This document shows positions 1 through 8,925 of a stretch of DNA of 64,000 nucleotides, in pieces. Numbering within the stretch: position 1 is the first letter of the stretch; the number at the start of each line of letters is the position of its first letter. The notes under the pieces were generated by a model. That model was not told where the DNA came from. It saw only the letters and a program-made list of their open reading frames with translations, and ran no database searches. The position numbers and the translations under genes are program-made. The stretch is from a virus (lineage: Duplodnaviria; Caudoviricetes), in IMG/VR virus record IMGVR_UViG_3300044635_001707, positions 924-64,923 of that record; one strand, 5' to 3'.

Positions 1-71
1 GTAGCAAAGATACATTAATGACAAAAAAACTCCTGATTTCTCAGGAGTTAGCAATAAATTAAGGTGTTGAT

Positions 72-154
72 ACACGGGGGGAGGAATCGAACTCTCCATT
101 CATTTAACGTCCGCACCTAAGTGACCGACGGTTTTTCCATTAAACTACCCCGCG
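72..154 (-). ncRNA. tRNA-like element with aberrant anticodon arm (pseudo-tRNA or tRNA mimic)
   Basis: Minus strand: acceptor CGCGGGG/CCCCGTG, TA, D-arm GTTT-AATGGAA-AAAC, T-loop GTTCGATTC; anticodon arm CGTCGGTCAC-TTAG-GTGCGGACG is non-canonical. Confidence 0.55.
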
Positions 155-302
155 AAAACGCCATTCCTGTAATTCGCAAGGCATGAAGCCTATATTAGAA
201 TTAACGAGTTCCGGCGTAAAATCATCATAGCACAGTTTTAGTTCAATATTTTTGAACTACCTTGAAAACCCTTGCCAACAATAAATTACAAGATTTTTTC
301 TA

Positions 303-348
303 CCGCCTTCTAAGCGGACGGTCACAGGTTCGAGTCCTGTCGTACCCG
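303..348 (+). mobile_element. att core: 3' part of tRNA-Arg(UCU)
   Basis: CCGC-CTTCTAA-GCGG anticodon arm, ACAGG-TTCGAGT-CCTGT T-arm, 3' acceptor strand; 5' half absent; 125 bp upstream of integrase. Confidence 0.85.
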
Positions 349-473
349 TTCTTTAAAGTCCTGGTTTTCCAAGGCTTTTTATTTTATCCGTGGCACTTGT
401 GCGCGCTTGGAATATTGCTTTATATGATTTTATATTGCATCTTAAATAAATATTTTAGTTCAGGAATAGTTCA

Positions 474-1550
474 ATGAAATGGACTTTGGAATCTGTTAAC
501 GAACGGCTCAAGGCTGGCAGGATTGGGGTTACAGTTTGCCAACGCGGCGATCGCCTTTCCCTTCGCGCTACCCTGCCACCAAAGCCCGGTTCTGATAAAC
601 GCGCTCCCTATCAGCAATACCTAGCACTGGGAATTTATGCCAACCCCGCAGGACTACAACGGGCTGAAGCCGAAGCCAAAATCATTGGCGGACTTCTAGT
701 GACCGGTGGCTTTGACTGGTCAAAATACTTAGAATCCGAACCAACAAATGTGGGGACGTGCCGATATTGGATTGAGAAATTTAAGACAGAATACTTTGCG
801 ACCAATGGCCGCGAACCAACCAAGCAGCAAACCTGGAAAGACCACTACGAAGTATTTTTTAGCCGCCTACCCCAAGACAAACCCCTAACCCGTGAGGTAT
901 TGATAGCCACAGCCATACAGACCGAAGCAAATACCTGGACTCGTCAACGGATTTGCCAGAAATTTGAGCAATTAGCCAAATTAGCGGGCATTGAATGCAG
1001 CTTAAAGAAATACCAAGGCAATTACAGCAGTGCCAGCCAAATCATCAGGCAACTGCCAACAGAAGATGAGATTATTACCAATAGAGAAAAGATTACGAAC
1101 CCGTCTTGGTTGTGGGTATTTGGCGCAATCGCCACCTACGGACTAAGACCCCACGAAGCGTTATTCTGTGAAATAGAACAAGAGCATCCCCACCGATGCA
1201 AAATATTAGACGGCAAAACAGGTACACGCTTGGCCTATCCATTGCCACTAGAATGGGTAACGGATTGGCAACTGTGGGAGATGCACAAGCCAACAATTAA
1301 AACAGATGACAGAACCTTTAAGGACATAGGCAACGTCATATACAAATCTCTTAAACGCTACAAAGTATCCTTCGCTCCCTACGACTTGCGCCACGCATGG
1401 GCAGTCCGAGCCGCACTAAAATATAAAATCCCCATATCCGTAGCTGCTAAGTGGATGGGACATAGTACAACCGTACATTTACGGGAATATCAACGACATA
1501 TTACCGATGCTGACCATTTAGAAATTTTTAATAAATTTACCAGTACATAA
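474..1550 (+). CDS. int: Tyrosine recombinase / phage integrase
   Basis: TYGLRPHE, K, YDLRHAWAVR, WMGHS..VH..Y catalytic motifs; next to att core. Confidence 0.95.
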   Translation: MKWTLESVNERLKAGRIGVTVCQRGDRLSLRATLPPKPGSDKRAPYQQYLALGIYANPAGLQRAEAEAKIIGGLLVTGGFDWSKYLESEPTNVGTCRYWIEKFKTEYFATNGREPTKQQTWKDHYEVFFSRLPQDKPLTREVLIATAIQTEANTWTRQRICQKFEQLAKLAGIECSLKKYQGNYSSASQIIRQLPTEDEIITNREKITNPSWLWVFGAIATYGLRPHEALFCEIEQEHPHRCKILDGKTGTRLAYPLPLEWVTDWQLWEMHKPTIKTDDRTFKDIGNVIYKSLKRYKVSFAPYDLRHAWAVRAALKYKIPISVAAKWMGHSTTVHLREYQRHITDADHLEIFNKFTST

Positions 1551-1595
1551 GTGTAAAATTAAGAGCGATTTAATTTTACGTTTAATCAGCAGGAT

Positions 1596-2204
1596 ATGAT
1601 TGAGAACCTATCTGTTCTACTGAGTCGCTGCAAACGATTCAGAGTAGGCACGGAAATTTTAATAATTACCGATACTGATAGTACATTAGTACAGTTACTC
1701 AAAAAACAACATCAATTAATTAATTCTTTGATTGAGTCAGGGGAACATTGGGAAAAAATCACACTCAGATCCGACATGGGAGAATACAAATCTACCTTGT
1801 ACTACCCCAAACCCAAGCCTCCAGTTATAGTACAAGCAATGGTAAACGCAAGAACAACCAAAGAAGCGGAAATTATTCATGAAATCATGAAACATCATCA
1901 CCCATCCTCTTTAGTCAGGATGGAAGATGACAAGGGTATATTCGCTAACTCCCATATTAGCGAAAGCTCTGGTATTAATGCCAACAATTGGCTAGGTGCT
2001 AACATGAGCAGCTATTGGATACCAGAAGAGTTGCAACGCTACAAAACCCTATTACTACAAGACAGAGAACTAAGAAATTATACTTACACAGCCTATCTTT
2101 TCACTGGAGAAGCCGCAAAATTCACCGTTGACGCTCAACTAGTCAAATTCAATAATGATTTGTGTCGTTGGGTTCGCGTTCTTGGTTGTGAATTGATTTC
2201 CTAA
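1596..2204 (+). CDS. PAS-like domain protein
   Basis: C-terminal half IFANS..SESSG....WLGANMSSYW..EE..R..Y..Y..TGE..F.VDAQLV resembles a PAS fold pattern. Confidence 0.5.
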   Translation: MIENLSVLLSRCKRFRVGTEILIITDTDSTLVQLLKKQHQLINSLIESGEHWEKITLRSDMGEYKSTLYYPKPKPPVIVQAMVNARTTKEAEIIHEIMKHHHPSSLVRMEDDKGIFANSHISESSGINANNWLGANMSSYWIPEELQRYKTLLLQDRELRNYTYTAYLFTGEAAKFTVDAQLVKFNNDLCRWVRVLGCELIS

Positions 2205-2778
2205 GACGGCAAAACTCAATCAACGCATCCCGCGTATCAAAAGTTTCTTTGGTGTGCGGGTTTTTCAATTGCACGGCCAACACAGACAGCAATCCCTCAA
2301 CATCCTCTACAGATGCAGGTAACACACCGTGCATCAATGCCGTATATTGTTCAATAGACATATAAGCATTTTTAGCGAACCTTTCAGGACTTAGCTTGTT
2401 TGCTTTAAGATGCTGAAGAATTAAAGCTATTAGACAATCTACATCAATCATATTTGATACCATTAAAAACTCAGAATATTTGCCAGCTATAAGCGAAATT
2501 AATCGCTGCTGTTCACAAGCATTTAACGCCAAAACTTGACCCAATACATCCTCCGCAGTACGTGGTTTAGCTCCACCTAATCCCAAATACTGATCCAATT
2601 CAAACCCAGGGCGACACCCCATAGCCAAGCATAAATCTACGTATCGCTCTAATCCTGGAGTGACTTTTTCAGACTGCCATTCACTCAAAGTAGACTGAGC
2701 AATCTTAGATTTTTTAGCAGCTTGATTCATGCTAGAAGCACGGCTACATATACTTTTAATTAGGTTTCCTGCTTTCAT
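2149..2778 (-). CDS. XRE-family HTH repressor (CI-like)
   Basis: N-terminal HTH SMNQAAKKSKIAQSTLSEWQSEKVTPGL; divergent from early operon. Confidence 0.8.
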   Translation of the reverse strand: MKAGNLIKSICSRASSMNQAAKKSKIAQSTLSEWQSEKVTPGLERYVDLCLAMGCRPGFELDQYLGLGGAKPRTAEDVLGQVLALNACEQQRLISLIAGKYSEFLMVSNMIDVDCLIALILQHLKANKLSPERFAKNAYMSIEQYTALMHGVLPASVEDVEGLLSVLAVQLKNPHTKETFDTRDALIEFCRLRKSIHNQEREPNDTNHY

Positions 2779-2823
2779 GTTTGCAAAAATTTACAACTAA
2801 TTTCCATAGTCTCACCGTTCCGC

Positions 2824-2884
2824 TACGATAAAGGTATAGAAAATACGATAAACTACGATAAAGTTCGATAAACGCATATAAAGC
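2824..2884. promoter_or_regulatory. Phased direct repeats in the repressor/Cro intergenic region (putative operators)
   Basis: CGATAAA at 2826, 2846, 2856, 2866 (10-bp register). Confidence 0.6.
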
Positions 2885-2885
2885 T

Positions 2886-3269
2886 ATGCAAAATAACCTT
2901 AGCATCAACGACAGTCCAGACTCTCTATCTAGGGATGGACAAGAAACTGTCATATTGTCCAGACAGGAATTGAATAATGTGATAAACGAAGCCGTAAATG
3001 CGGCCATGACCGAGTTTCAAAACCTTTTCATTGAAGTGATGGGAAGGGAAACAGGCAGGGGCAATCAGTGGCTTAACACCGCAGCCGCAGCCGCAATTCT
3101 AGGCAAAAAACCCGACCAATTGCGCTGTATGGTCAGAGATGGAAGACTGCGACTAAAACACGAAGTCCGCGACGATAGACCCAAGGGCGCGGAGAAGCCT
3201 GTGTATATGTTCCATGTCAACAAGTGCCAACAGCGCTTAATGACACCTCCAGAAAAGAGAGGGAAATGA
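2886..3269 (+). CDS. Excisionase/Cro-like HTH DNA-binding protein
   Basis: WLNTAAAAAILGKKPDQLRCMVRDGRL; first gene of divergent operon. Confidence 0.7.
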   Translation: MQNNLSINDSPDSLSRDGQETVILSRQELNNVINEAVNAAMTEFQNLFIEVMGRETGRGNQWLNTAAAAAILGKKPDQLRCMVRDGRLRLKHEVRDDRPKGAEKPVYMFHVNKCQQRLMTPPEKRGK

Positions 3270-3544
3270 TGAGTTCCTCGTTAATGCCAACGCTAGAATT
3301 TGCCGTGATGCTGCGAATATCCGAGATACATCGCGCCGGATATATCGGTGACAGGCTATTAAAAGAGGCTATTAATACAGCCGAATTAATCGCCCATGAA
3401 GGCGATACTTTACTCTATGGTGGTGAGCCTGGAAAGGCTGGGGAAATATTTAATAGATTAGCCATAGCCATCGCTGTTTTATCCTTTCAGCCTGGCGGTT
3501 TTCACGGATTGGGAATGAAGTTTATATCGGAATTTGCACCATGA
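3266..3544 (+). CDS. Hypothetical phage protein
   Basis: ORF coupled to neighbours (ATGA overlaps). Confidence 0.6.
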   Translation: MMSSSLMPTLEFAVMLRISEIHRAGYIGDRLLKEAINTAELIAHEGDTLLYGGEPGKAGEIFNRLAIAIAVLSFQPGGFHGLGMKFISEFAP

Positions 3545-3762
3545 TTATTGAATTTGAGAAAGAATTAATTGATTGTATCCAAGAAGAAAAATCTTGGAAT
3601 GAAATCTGCACGCAAATCAAACAACCAATGTCGTTGATTGCCGTTGCTCTAAAGAAGTTGAAAGACATTGGTAAGGTGCTAGAAATAGTCAAAAATAACA
3701 ACATTTACTACACAGCAAACGAACATGAATACCAACGAGAAGATAGTGAATCTATTGGTTAG
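3541..3762 (+). CDS. Small winged-HTH-like protein
   Basis: SWNEICTQIKQPMSLIAVALKKLKDIGKV pattern. Confidence 0.5.
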   Translation: MIIEFEKELIDCIQEEKSWNEICTQIKQPMSLIAVALKKLKDIGKVLEIVKNNNIYYTANEHEYQREDSESIG

Positions 3763-3991
3763 GCGCGATTTATTTGCCCATGAGATAAAGAATATTCTGG
3801 GTATTAGCTACGAAGTTCTTTGGGAATCCCTAAAGCAATTAAAAGCAGAAGGAAAAGTTTCCCAATATTTCCGCAACACGCCACCAAGCGCAACCATTTG
3901 TTTCTGTTTATCAGGCAACAAAAAACCGATTTTAGTTAAAGACAAAGGAATAAAACCGTGGACTCCAGAGCAATCAAAAAACTTGTATTAG
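3725..3991 (+). CDS. Small winged-HTH-like protein
   Basis: AHEIKNILGISYEVLWESLKQLKAEGKV pattern. Confidence 0.5.
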   Translation: MNTNEKIVNLLVRRDLFAHEIKNILGISYEVLWESLKQLKAEGKVSQYFRNTPPSATICFCLSGNKKPILVKDKGIKPWTPEQSKNLY

Positions 3992-4241
3992 AAGACATCA
4001 TCAAGATGTTTCCTAATATGAATAACGGACAAATTCAACAAATGGAATCCATATACGCTTATAGCCCTAAATCTGCTATAAGATACTGTCAAGTTATCCA
4101 AGATTACATCAACAGAAAACGTAATGGAAGAAACAATGTCAATAGGAATTTACCTATGGAGACTGGGAATAATAGTCATCACAATTGATGCTTTACTGTT
4201 GTTCTTGTTGGGAATTGTAGCGTTAATTTACAGGAGAAATC

Positions 4242-4541
4242 ATGATTGAAATAGAAGAGTTTAAAACAACAGAATCAATCACAGAGCCAACATTTATTGA
4301 ACAATTAATAGCGACATTAAAATGCTGGCAATGGGGCGCAATGCACAGTCCAAAATTCGACGATTTTTATTGGGGATTAAATCAATCTCCCATAGAATTT
4401 AATGTCATTGGTGGCAATAGATTTACGGTGTTTTCCATGGCATTTTACAGTCGGATTTGGCTAATGACTTGCATTCCATATTCAGCGATTACGGATTACA
4501 GGCAAGCCACACAATCAGATATTTCATTGATTTGGAAATAG
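4242..4541 (+). CDS. Hypothetical protein
   Basis: ATG with AGGAG RBS. Confidence 0.55.
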   Translation: MIEIEEFKTTESITEPTFIEQLIATLKCWQWGAMHSPKFDDFYWGLNQSPIEFNVIGGNRFTVFSMAFYSRIWLMTCIPYSAITDYRQATQSDISLIWK

Positions 4542-4597
4542 CTTTATTTTGTCCATAGCTATCGGTAAAACGATAGCTTTACCACCTTACTAAAACC

Positions 4598-5314
4598 ATG
4601 ATTTACACATCACATTATTCAGGCGAGCAAGTCGGCACGAGCATCTCAATTTCACTACCCACTCCTGAAGGATGCGAGTTTAGTCCATTGCTATTATTTG
4701 CACCATCGGAAGACTTGACAAGGTTCTGGCAATCATCGAATCAAGATGAGATTGCACAACAGAAATACTCTGAAAAATTCAGAGAAGAAATGATAGCAAA
4801 AGACCAGATTATCAACATTTGGATTAGCAAAATTAAGGACGATATAACCCTAAATTGCTATCAAAAACCAGAAGATGCTTGCCGTGTTCAAGTCATTGAG
4901 GAAATCATCAAATCAAAAAAACCAGAGTTATGGGGCGGTACAGTCAGTGACCCAATCACCAAACCAACCACACCATCACGACCTACAAAATCAATCAGGG
5001 AAATGACATGGGGTGAACTTTTCGGGAATGAATACACAGCGGTTTTTGAGGACAAACCACCACTGCCACCTGTCGCAGTCCTCAAACCCTGGAAGGCAAA
5101 TGTGGGACAATACGCATTTTATGAAGGGGACTTGGTAAAGATTGTTGGTGGGGACAGAAAAGGGGAATGGCAATTAGAAAGACCACCTGCTGTTAATCCA
5201 TCCCACGCGCTGCCCGCTCCAAAGCAATGGGTAAAGACTTCAGCGTTGATACAGCCACCAAAGGGACATGATACCTGGACTGACAAAGATTTTAAAAAGG
5301 TAAGGACAGCATGA
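4598..5314 (+). CDS. Hypothetical protein with DUF488-like N-terminus
   Basis: IYTSHY..ISIS..LFAPS..Y.EKFREEM..ITLNCY pattern. Confidence 0.5.
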   Translation: MIYTSHYSGEQVGTSISISLPTPEGCEFSPLLLFAPSEDLTRFWQSSNQDEIAQQKYSEKFREEMIAKDQIINIWISKIKDDITLNCYQKPEDACRVQVIEEIIKSKKPELWGGTVSDPITKPTTPSRPTKSIREMTWGELFGNEYTAVFEDKPPLPPVAVLKPWKANVGQYAFYEGDLVKIVGGDRKGEWQLERPPAVNPSHALPAPKQWVKTSALIQPPKGHDTWTDKDFKKVRTA

Positions 5315-5535
5315 AAAGTTGTACAAACTGCATACATTCAGGATTCCTTATTGAAAAGGACAACGAAATGTATAGCTATGAAGGGGACTGTAACCATCCA
5401 AGTGGAAGCCAAGCACCAACGGACAGAGTATGGGATTATACAGAGGATGATAAAGAATATCTAAAGGAAGCACTTGCACCAATATTTACAGAGACGGCTA
5501 ATAACTGCAAGTATTACAAATCAACGGGAATGTAG
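5311..5535 (+). CDS. Small Cys-rich hypothetical protein
   Basis: CxxC..C..CKYY; coupled start; followed by terminator. Confidence 0.55.
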   Translation: MKSCTNCIHSGFLIEKDNEMYSYEGDCNHPSGSQAPTDRVWDYTEDDKEYLKEALAPIFTETANNCKYYKSTGM

Positions 5536-5542
5536 TCAGCAA

Positions 5543-5566
5543 GCGGGTTTACAGCCCGCTTTTTTG
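5543..5566 (+). terminator. Intrinsic terminator
   Basis: GCGGG-TTTACAG-CCCGC then T-run. Confidence 0.7.
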
Positions 5567-5716
5567 TTGCAAACAAAGTTATCGAAATCTTGATAACTTT
5601 GCCGATAAAATGAAAAGACCCGCAGTTTTTTCAGAAGAAATGAAAACTTTTATTTACTTCCTATTGACTAGTAACCCGTCAATAGGATATGATATTATCA
5701 GTCAATTAGGAGAAAC

Positions 5717-5911
5717 ATGGCAAACCCAAAGCCCGCCCCCGCGCCGCAGGAGGTTTTGTTTAAGCCTGGATGGTTCACAGGTAAAACCAAGGCTGTCAGA
5801 ATCCCGACAGCTTTGGAAAAACAGGTTAAAGATATCGCTAGATGTCTTGACCGCAAGCCAAGCATTGCGGATCAAGTTTTGGCATACGCTCAGTCATTAT
5901 TGGCAGAGTAG
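5717..5911 (+). CDS. Small RHH-like DNA-binding protein
   Basis: GKTKAVRIPTALEKQVKDIAR; AGGAG RBS. Confidence 0.55.
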   Translation: MANPKPAPAPQEVLFKPGWFTGKTKAVRIPTALEKQVKDIARCLDRKPSIADQVLAYAQSLLAE

Positions 5912-6051
5912 TAAAAAATTTTCCCCCGCACTACCGGAAATAGTCGAGGGACGACCCCTAGCCTTAAGTCCACAAGGAGCATCTCAATGATAGGAAATTT
6001 TCAAATGTCTGTCAATCAGACAGATATACCATTGCGTCCAAGGAGGATGTA

Positions 6052-7221
6052 ATGGGAAAAATATGTAAGGGCGGAATGCCCGTGTCAGGGTACACAAAGT
6101 TACCCAATGAATTGATTCGTAATCAAAACATCGGTGATGGGACTTTTCGCTTCATCGCCTGGATACAATCTCATGCGGACGGATTCTCCGTATCTTTTGC
6201 CAGCATCAAGGCAGGGCTGGGATATGGTCGAGAAAAATTGAGAACCATCATCAAAGAAGCAGAAGAAAATGGATATCTGCTTAGACTAAAAATTAAAGAT
6301 TCCCATGGGCGTTACGACTGGGACTATTATGTATTTGCAGATAAAGAGGAATGCAGCCTCTTTAAAGCCACACATCCAGGGGTGGTTTACCCACCGGTGG
6401 ACGAACCACCGACGGGTAAACCAGGGGTGGGTAAACCACCGGTGGACGACCGAGTATATGGTTCATCCGTCGGTGGATGCGACCCCCCACATAAGAAGAA
6501 CATAAATTCAGAAGACAAAAAAGAAGAAGAAAAAGAGAAAGAAGCCCGCGATTGTGATGGGTTTAAATCTAATTCAACAGATATAAATAATCTTTCTGAT
6601 AAAAGGACAGATGTTTGCAACTCACCAATAACCCAATCTAAGGACGGATATTCCGCCGCCGCGCTTCAAAATGCTTACGCACAAGCGGCAAATGTCTATG
6701 AATTAATAGATGCGTTCTTGTTGAGTCCAGATACATCCGACACTGCACCACCATCCGAGATGCTAGGCATTTTTAGGGACCGAGCCAAATGGCAAGGCTG
6801 GGTTTTGCCCTGGCGTTCCAAGCAGATGTCCGCGCAATTCCAGAACTGCAATCCTGAGATAGTCAAAAAATTGGCTATTGACTTGGCAAGAAAGGATAAG
6901 TCAACGCCAGAACAGAAGTATGGCCACGCCATAGCCATTATCAATCAATGGGAACGGACTAAGGGTGGCTGGGTGAACTTGATGAACTTATGCGATCGCC
7001 CAAGCTGCACTCTTCCATCTCCAGACTTATCGAAAGCATCAGAGGAACTATCGGAAATTCCCCAATATTTGAAGGATTGGTATGAAATTCAGCACGAATA
7101 CCACCACCGTACCCAATACCTGAAAAGCCGCTCTTTAGAGGAATTTTTTGCAGGGAAGGATAACCGCGCTTGGTATCGCTATGCCAAAGAAAAATTCCCC
7201 ACATGGGAATGGTCAAAATAA
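6052..7221 (+). CDS. Phage replication initiator (N-terminal HTH)
   Basis: YTKLPNELIRN..IGDGTFR..; internal iteron-like repeats; upstream of DnaB. Confidence 0.75.
   Translation: MGKICKGGMPVSGYTKLPNELIRNQNIGDGTFRFIAWIQSHADGFSVSFASIKAGLGYGREKLRTIIKEAEENGYLLRLKIKDSHGRYDWDYYVFADKEECSLFKATHPGVVYPPVDEPPTGKPGVGKPPVDDRVYGSSVGGCDPPHKKNINSEDKKEEEKEKEARDCDGFKSNSTDINNLSDKRTDVCNSPITQSKDGYSAAALQNAYAQAANVYELIDAFLLSPDTSDTAPPSEMLGIFRDRAKWQGWVLPWRSKQMSAQFQNCNPEIVKKLAIDLARKDKSTPEQKYGHAIAIINQWERTKGGWVNLMNLCDRPSCTLPSPDLSKASEELSEIPQYLKDWYEIQHEYHHRTQYLKSRSLEEFFAGKDNRAWYRYAKEKFPTWEWSK
6376..6480. repeat. 15-bp tandem iteron-like repeats (putative origin)
   Basis: CCAGGGGTGGTTTAC/CCACCGGTGGACGAA/CCACCGACGGGTAAA/CCAGGGGTGGGTAAA/CCACCGGTGGACGAC inside initiator gene, as in lambdoid origins. 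Confidence 0.7.
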
Positions 7222-7252
7222 ATCTTTTTTTAAAAATCCAGGACAAGACATC

Positions 7253-8662
7253 ATGTTTCAGTCAAACAACCTAGACCTAGCATCTGACGGATTAGACCGC
7301 CTCCCGCCCCAAAACGTCGAGGCTGAACAGGTAATTTTAGGGGGAATCCTTCTAGACCCCAGTGCCATAGAGAGAATCCATGGCAGATTGCCGGCCGAGG
7401 CATTTTACGTGCATTGCCACGCCATGATTTACCGCGTCATGGTAGAACTTCATTTAGAGTCCAACCCCACAGATATAGTAAGCGTTGCGTCCCGCTTATC
7501 AGACAAGGTAGACCTGCGCGGTGAAAGCTACCTTAAATTAATCGGTGGCAGAACCAAGCTAAGGGCGTTGCTAGACAGCACCGTCAGCGCGATTAACATA
7601 GATAGCCTCGCTGAAATTGTCTATGAGAAATTCCTCAGACGGGAGCTAATCCGAATCTCCCACCGCAACATCAAACTAGCCTACAGCAGCGAACTGGAAC
7701 TGCCCAAAATCCTGGAAGAGGCACAGAAAAGCATATTTGACTTGACTCAATCCCAATCAGACGACCGACCTGAATTAGCGCACGTATCCACCGCTATGCA
7801 AGAAATGTATGGCGAAATGGAAAAGAAAATATCAGGGGAAATTGTCCCCATTCAATCTGGATTTTACGACCTGGACGCGCTAACAGGCGGCTTTGAGCCG
7901 AACCAATTTGTTGTAATTGGTGGCAGACCCGCCATGGGCAAAACAGCCATAGGATTAGATATAGCTTGGAACATCGCATCTAAGCAGAACGGTCAGCATA
8001 GACCAGTGTTTTTCTTCTCTTTAGAGATGGATAAAATTCAATTGGCTAGACGGCTAACAACGCGATTATCAAATGTTGAAGGCGCAAAGCTCAAAGCACC
8101 TAGGATGATAAGCAGCCATGAATGGACGCAGATATCTATGGCTATGGAAACATCAGAAGAGTCTAAGCTATACATTTGCGATTATTCACAGATGGATGTA
8201 TTGGACATCAACGGCACTATTCGCCGCACCATTGCCCGCACTGGAGAAAGACCAGGCGCGATATTTGTAGACCACATCCATATTTTGGCAAGCACTGAAG
8301 AGAATGCAAGGGATGAGCAAAGTAAGATCAGCCGCGCTAGTCGGCTGCTGAAGAGTTTGTCGTCAGGGTCAACCGGTTTCAGCTGTCCCGTGTTTGCCTT
8401 AGCGCAACTAAACAGGGGCGTTGAAGGACGGCAAAATAACCGCCCAATGCTGTCAGATTTAAGGGCATCAGGAAGCATTGAGCAGGATGCAGACTTTGTG
8501 TTCCTGCTATACCGAGATGAATATTACAATCCCGATACTCCAAACAGAGGTATTGGAGAAGTCATTGTAGCCAAGGGGCGCGATTCGGGAACGGGAACAG
8601 TAAAATTACTTTACGATGCCCCAAGAGCGCAATTCAAAAATTTAGCAAAACCACAATATTAG
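7253..8662 (+). CDS. dnaB: Replicative DNA helicase
   Basis: LPPQNVEAEQ, GRPAMGKT, FFSLEM, LAQLNRGVE, DLRASGSIEQDAD. Confidence 0.95.
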   Translation: MFQSNNLDLASDGLDRLPPQNVEAEQVILGGILLDPSAIERIHGRLPAEAFYVHCHAMIYRVMVELHLESNPTDIVSVASRLSDKVDLRGESYLKLIGGRTKLRALLDSTVSAINIDSLAEIVYEKFLRRELIRISHRNIKLAYSSELELPKILEEAQKSIFDLTQSQSDDRPELAHVSTAMQEMYGEMEKKISGEIVPIQSGFYDLDALTGGFEPNQFVVIGGRPAMGKTAIGLDIAWNIASKQNGQHRPVFFFSLEMDKIQLARRLTTRLSNVEGAKLKAPRMISSHEWTQISMAMETSEESKLYICDYSQMDVLDINGTIRRTIARTGERPGAIFVDHIHILASTEENARDEQSKISRASRLLKSLSSGSTGFSCPVFALAQLNRGVEGRQNNRPMLSDLRASGSIEQDADFVFLLYRDEYYNPDTPNRGIGEVIVAKGRDSGTGTVKLLYDAPRAQFKNLAKPQY

Positions 8663-8664
8663 CC

Positions 8665-8925
8665 ATGAATATTATCAAATTAAATGCACTAAAACTACAC
8701 TTAGAAAAGTTGGAAATGCAGTATTGCCAGCAACTTTCCACAGACGAGTACGAAGTTTTCAAATACTACCAAGAAAAACTTCACGAAGTCAGGAGACGAC
8801 TTTCTCAAGTAAAAATAACGCTGCATGAATTAATGGAAATTGAATCAAATCGCCACCATCTTCTCAATTGTTTGTCTCAAGATTCAACGCTTGGGCATCC
8901 AGATGAATCAGAATCAAATTTATAA
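8665..8925 (+). CDS. Hypothetical protein
   Basis: ORF directly after dnaB. Confidence 0.45.
   Translation: MNIIKLNALKLHLEKLEMQYCQQLSTDEYEVFKYYQEKLHEVRRRLSQVKITLHELMEIESNRHHLLNCLSQDSTLGHPDESESNL

Noticed and set aside
262-477. 71-aa ORF upstream of integrase
   Set aside because: Runs through the tRNA fragment and att arm; likely spurious
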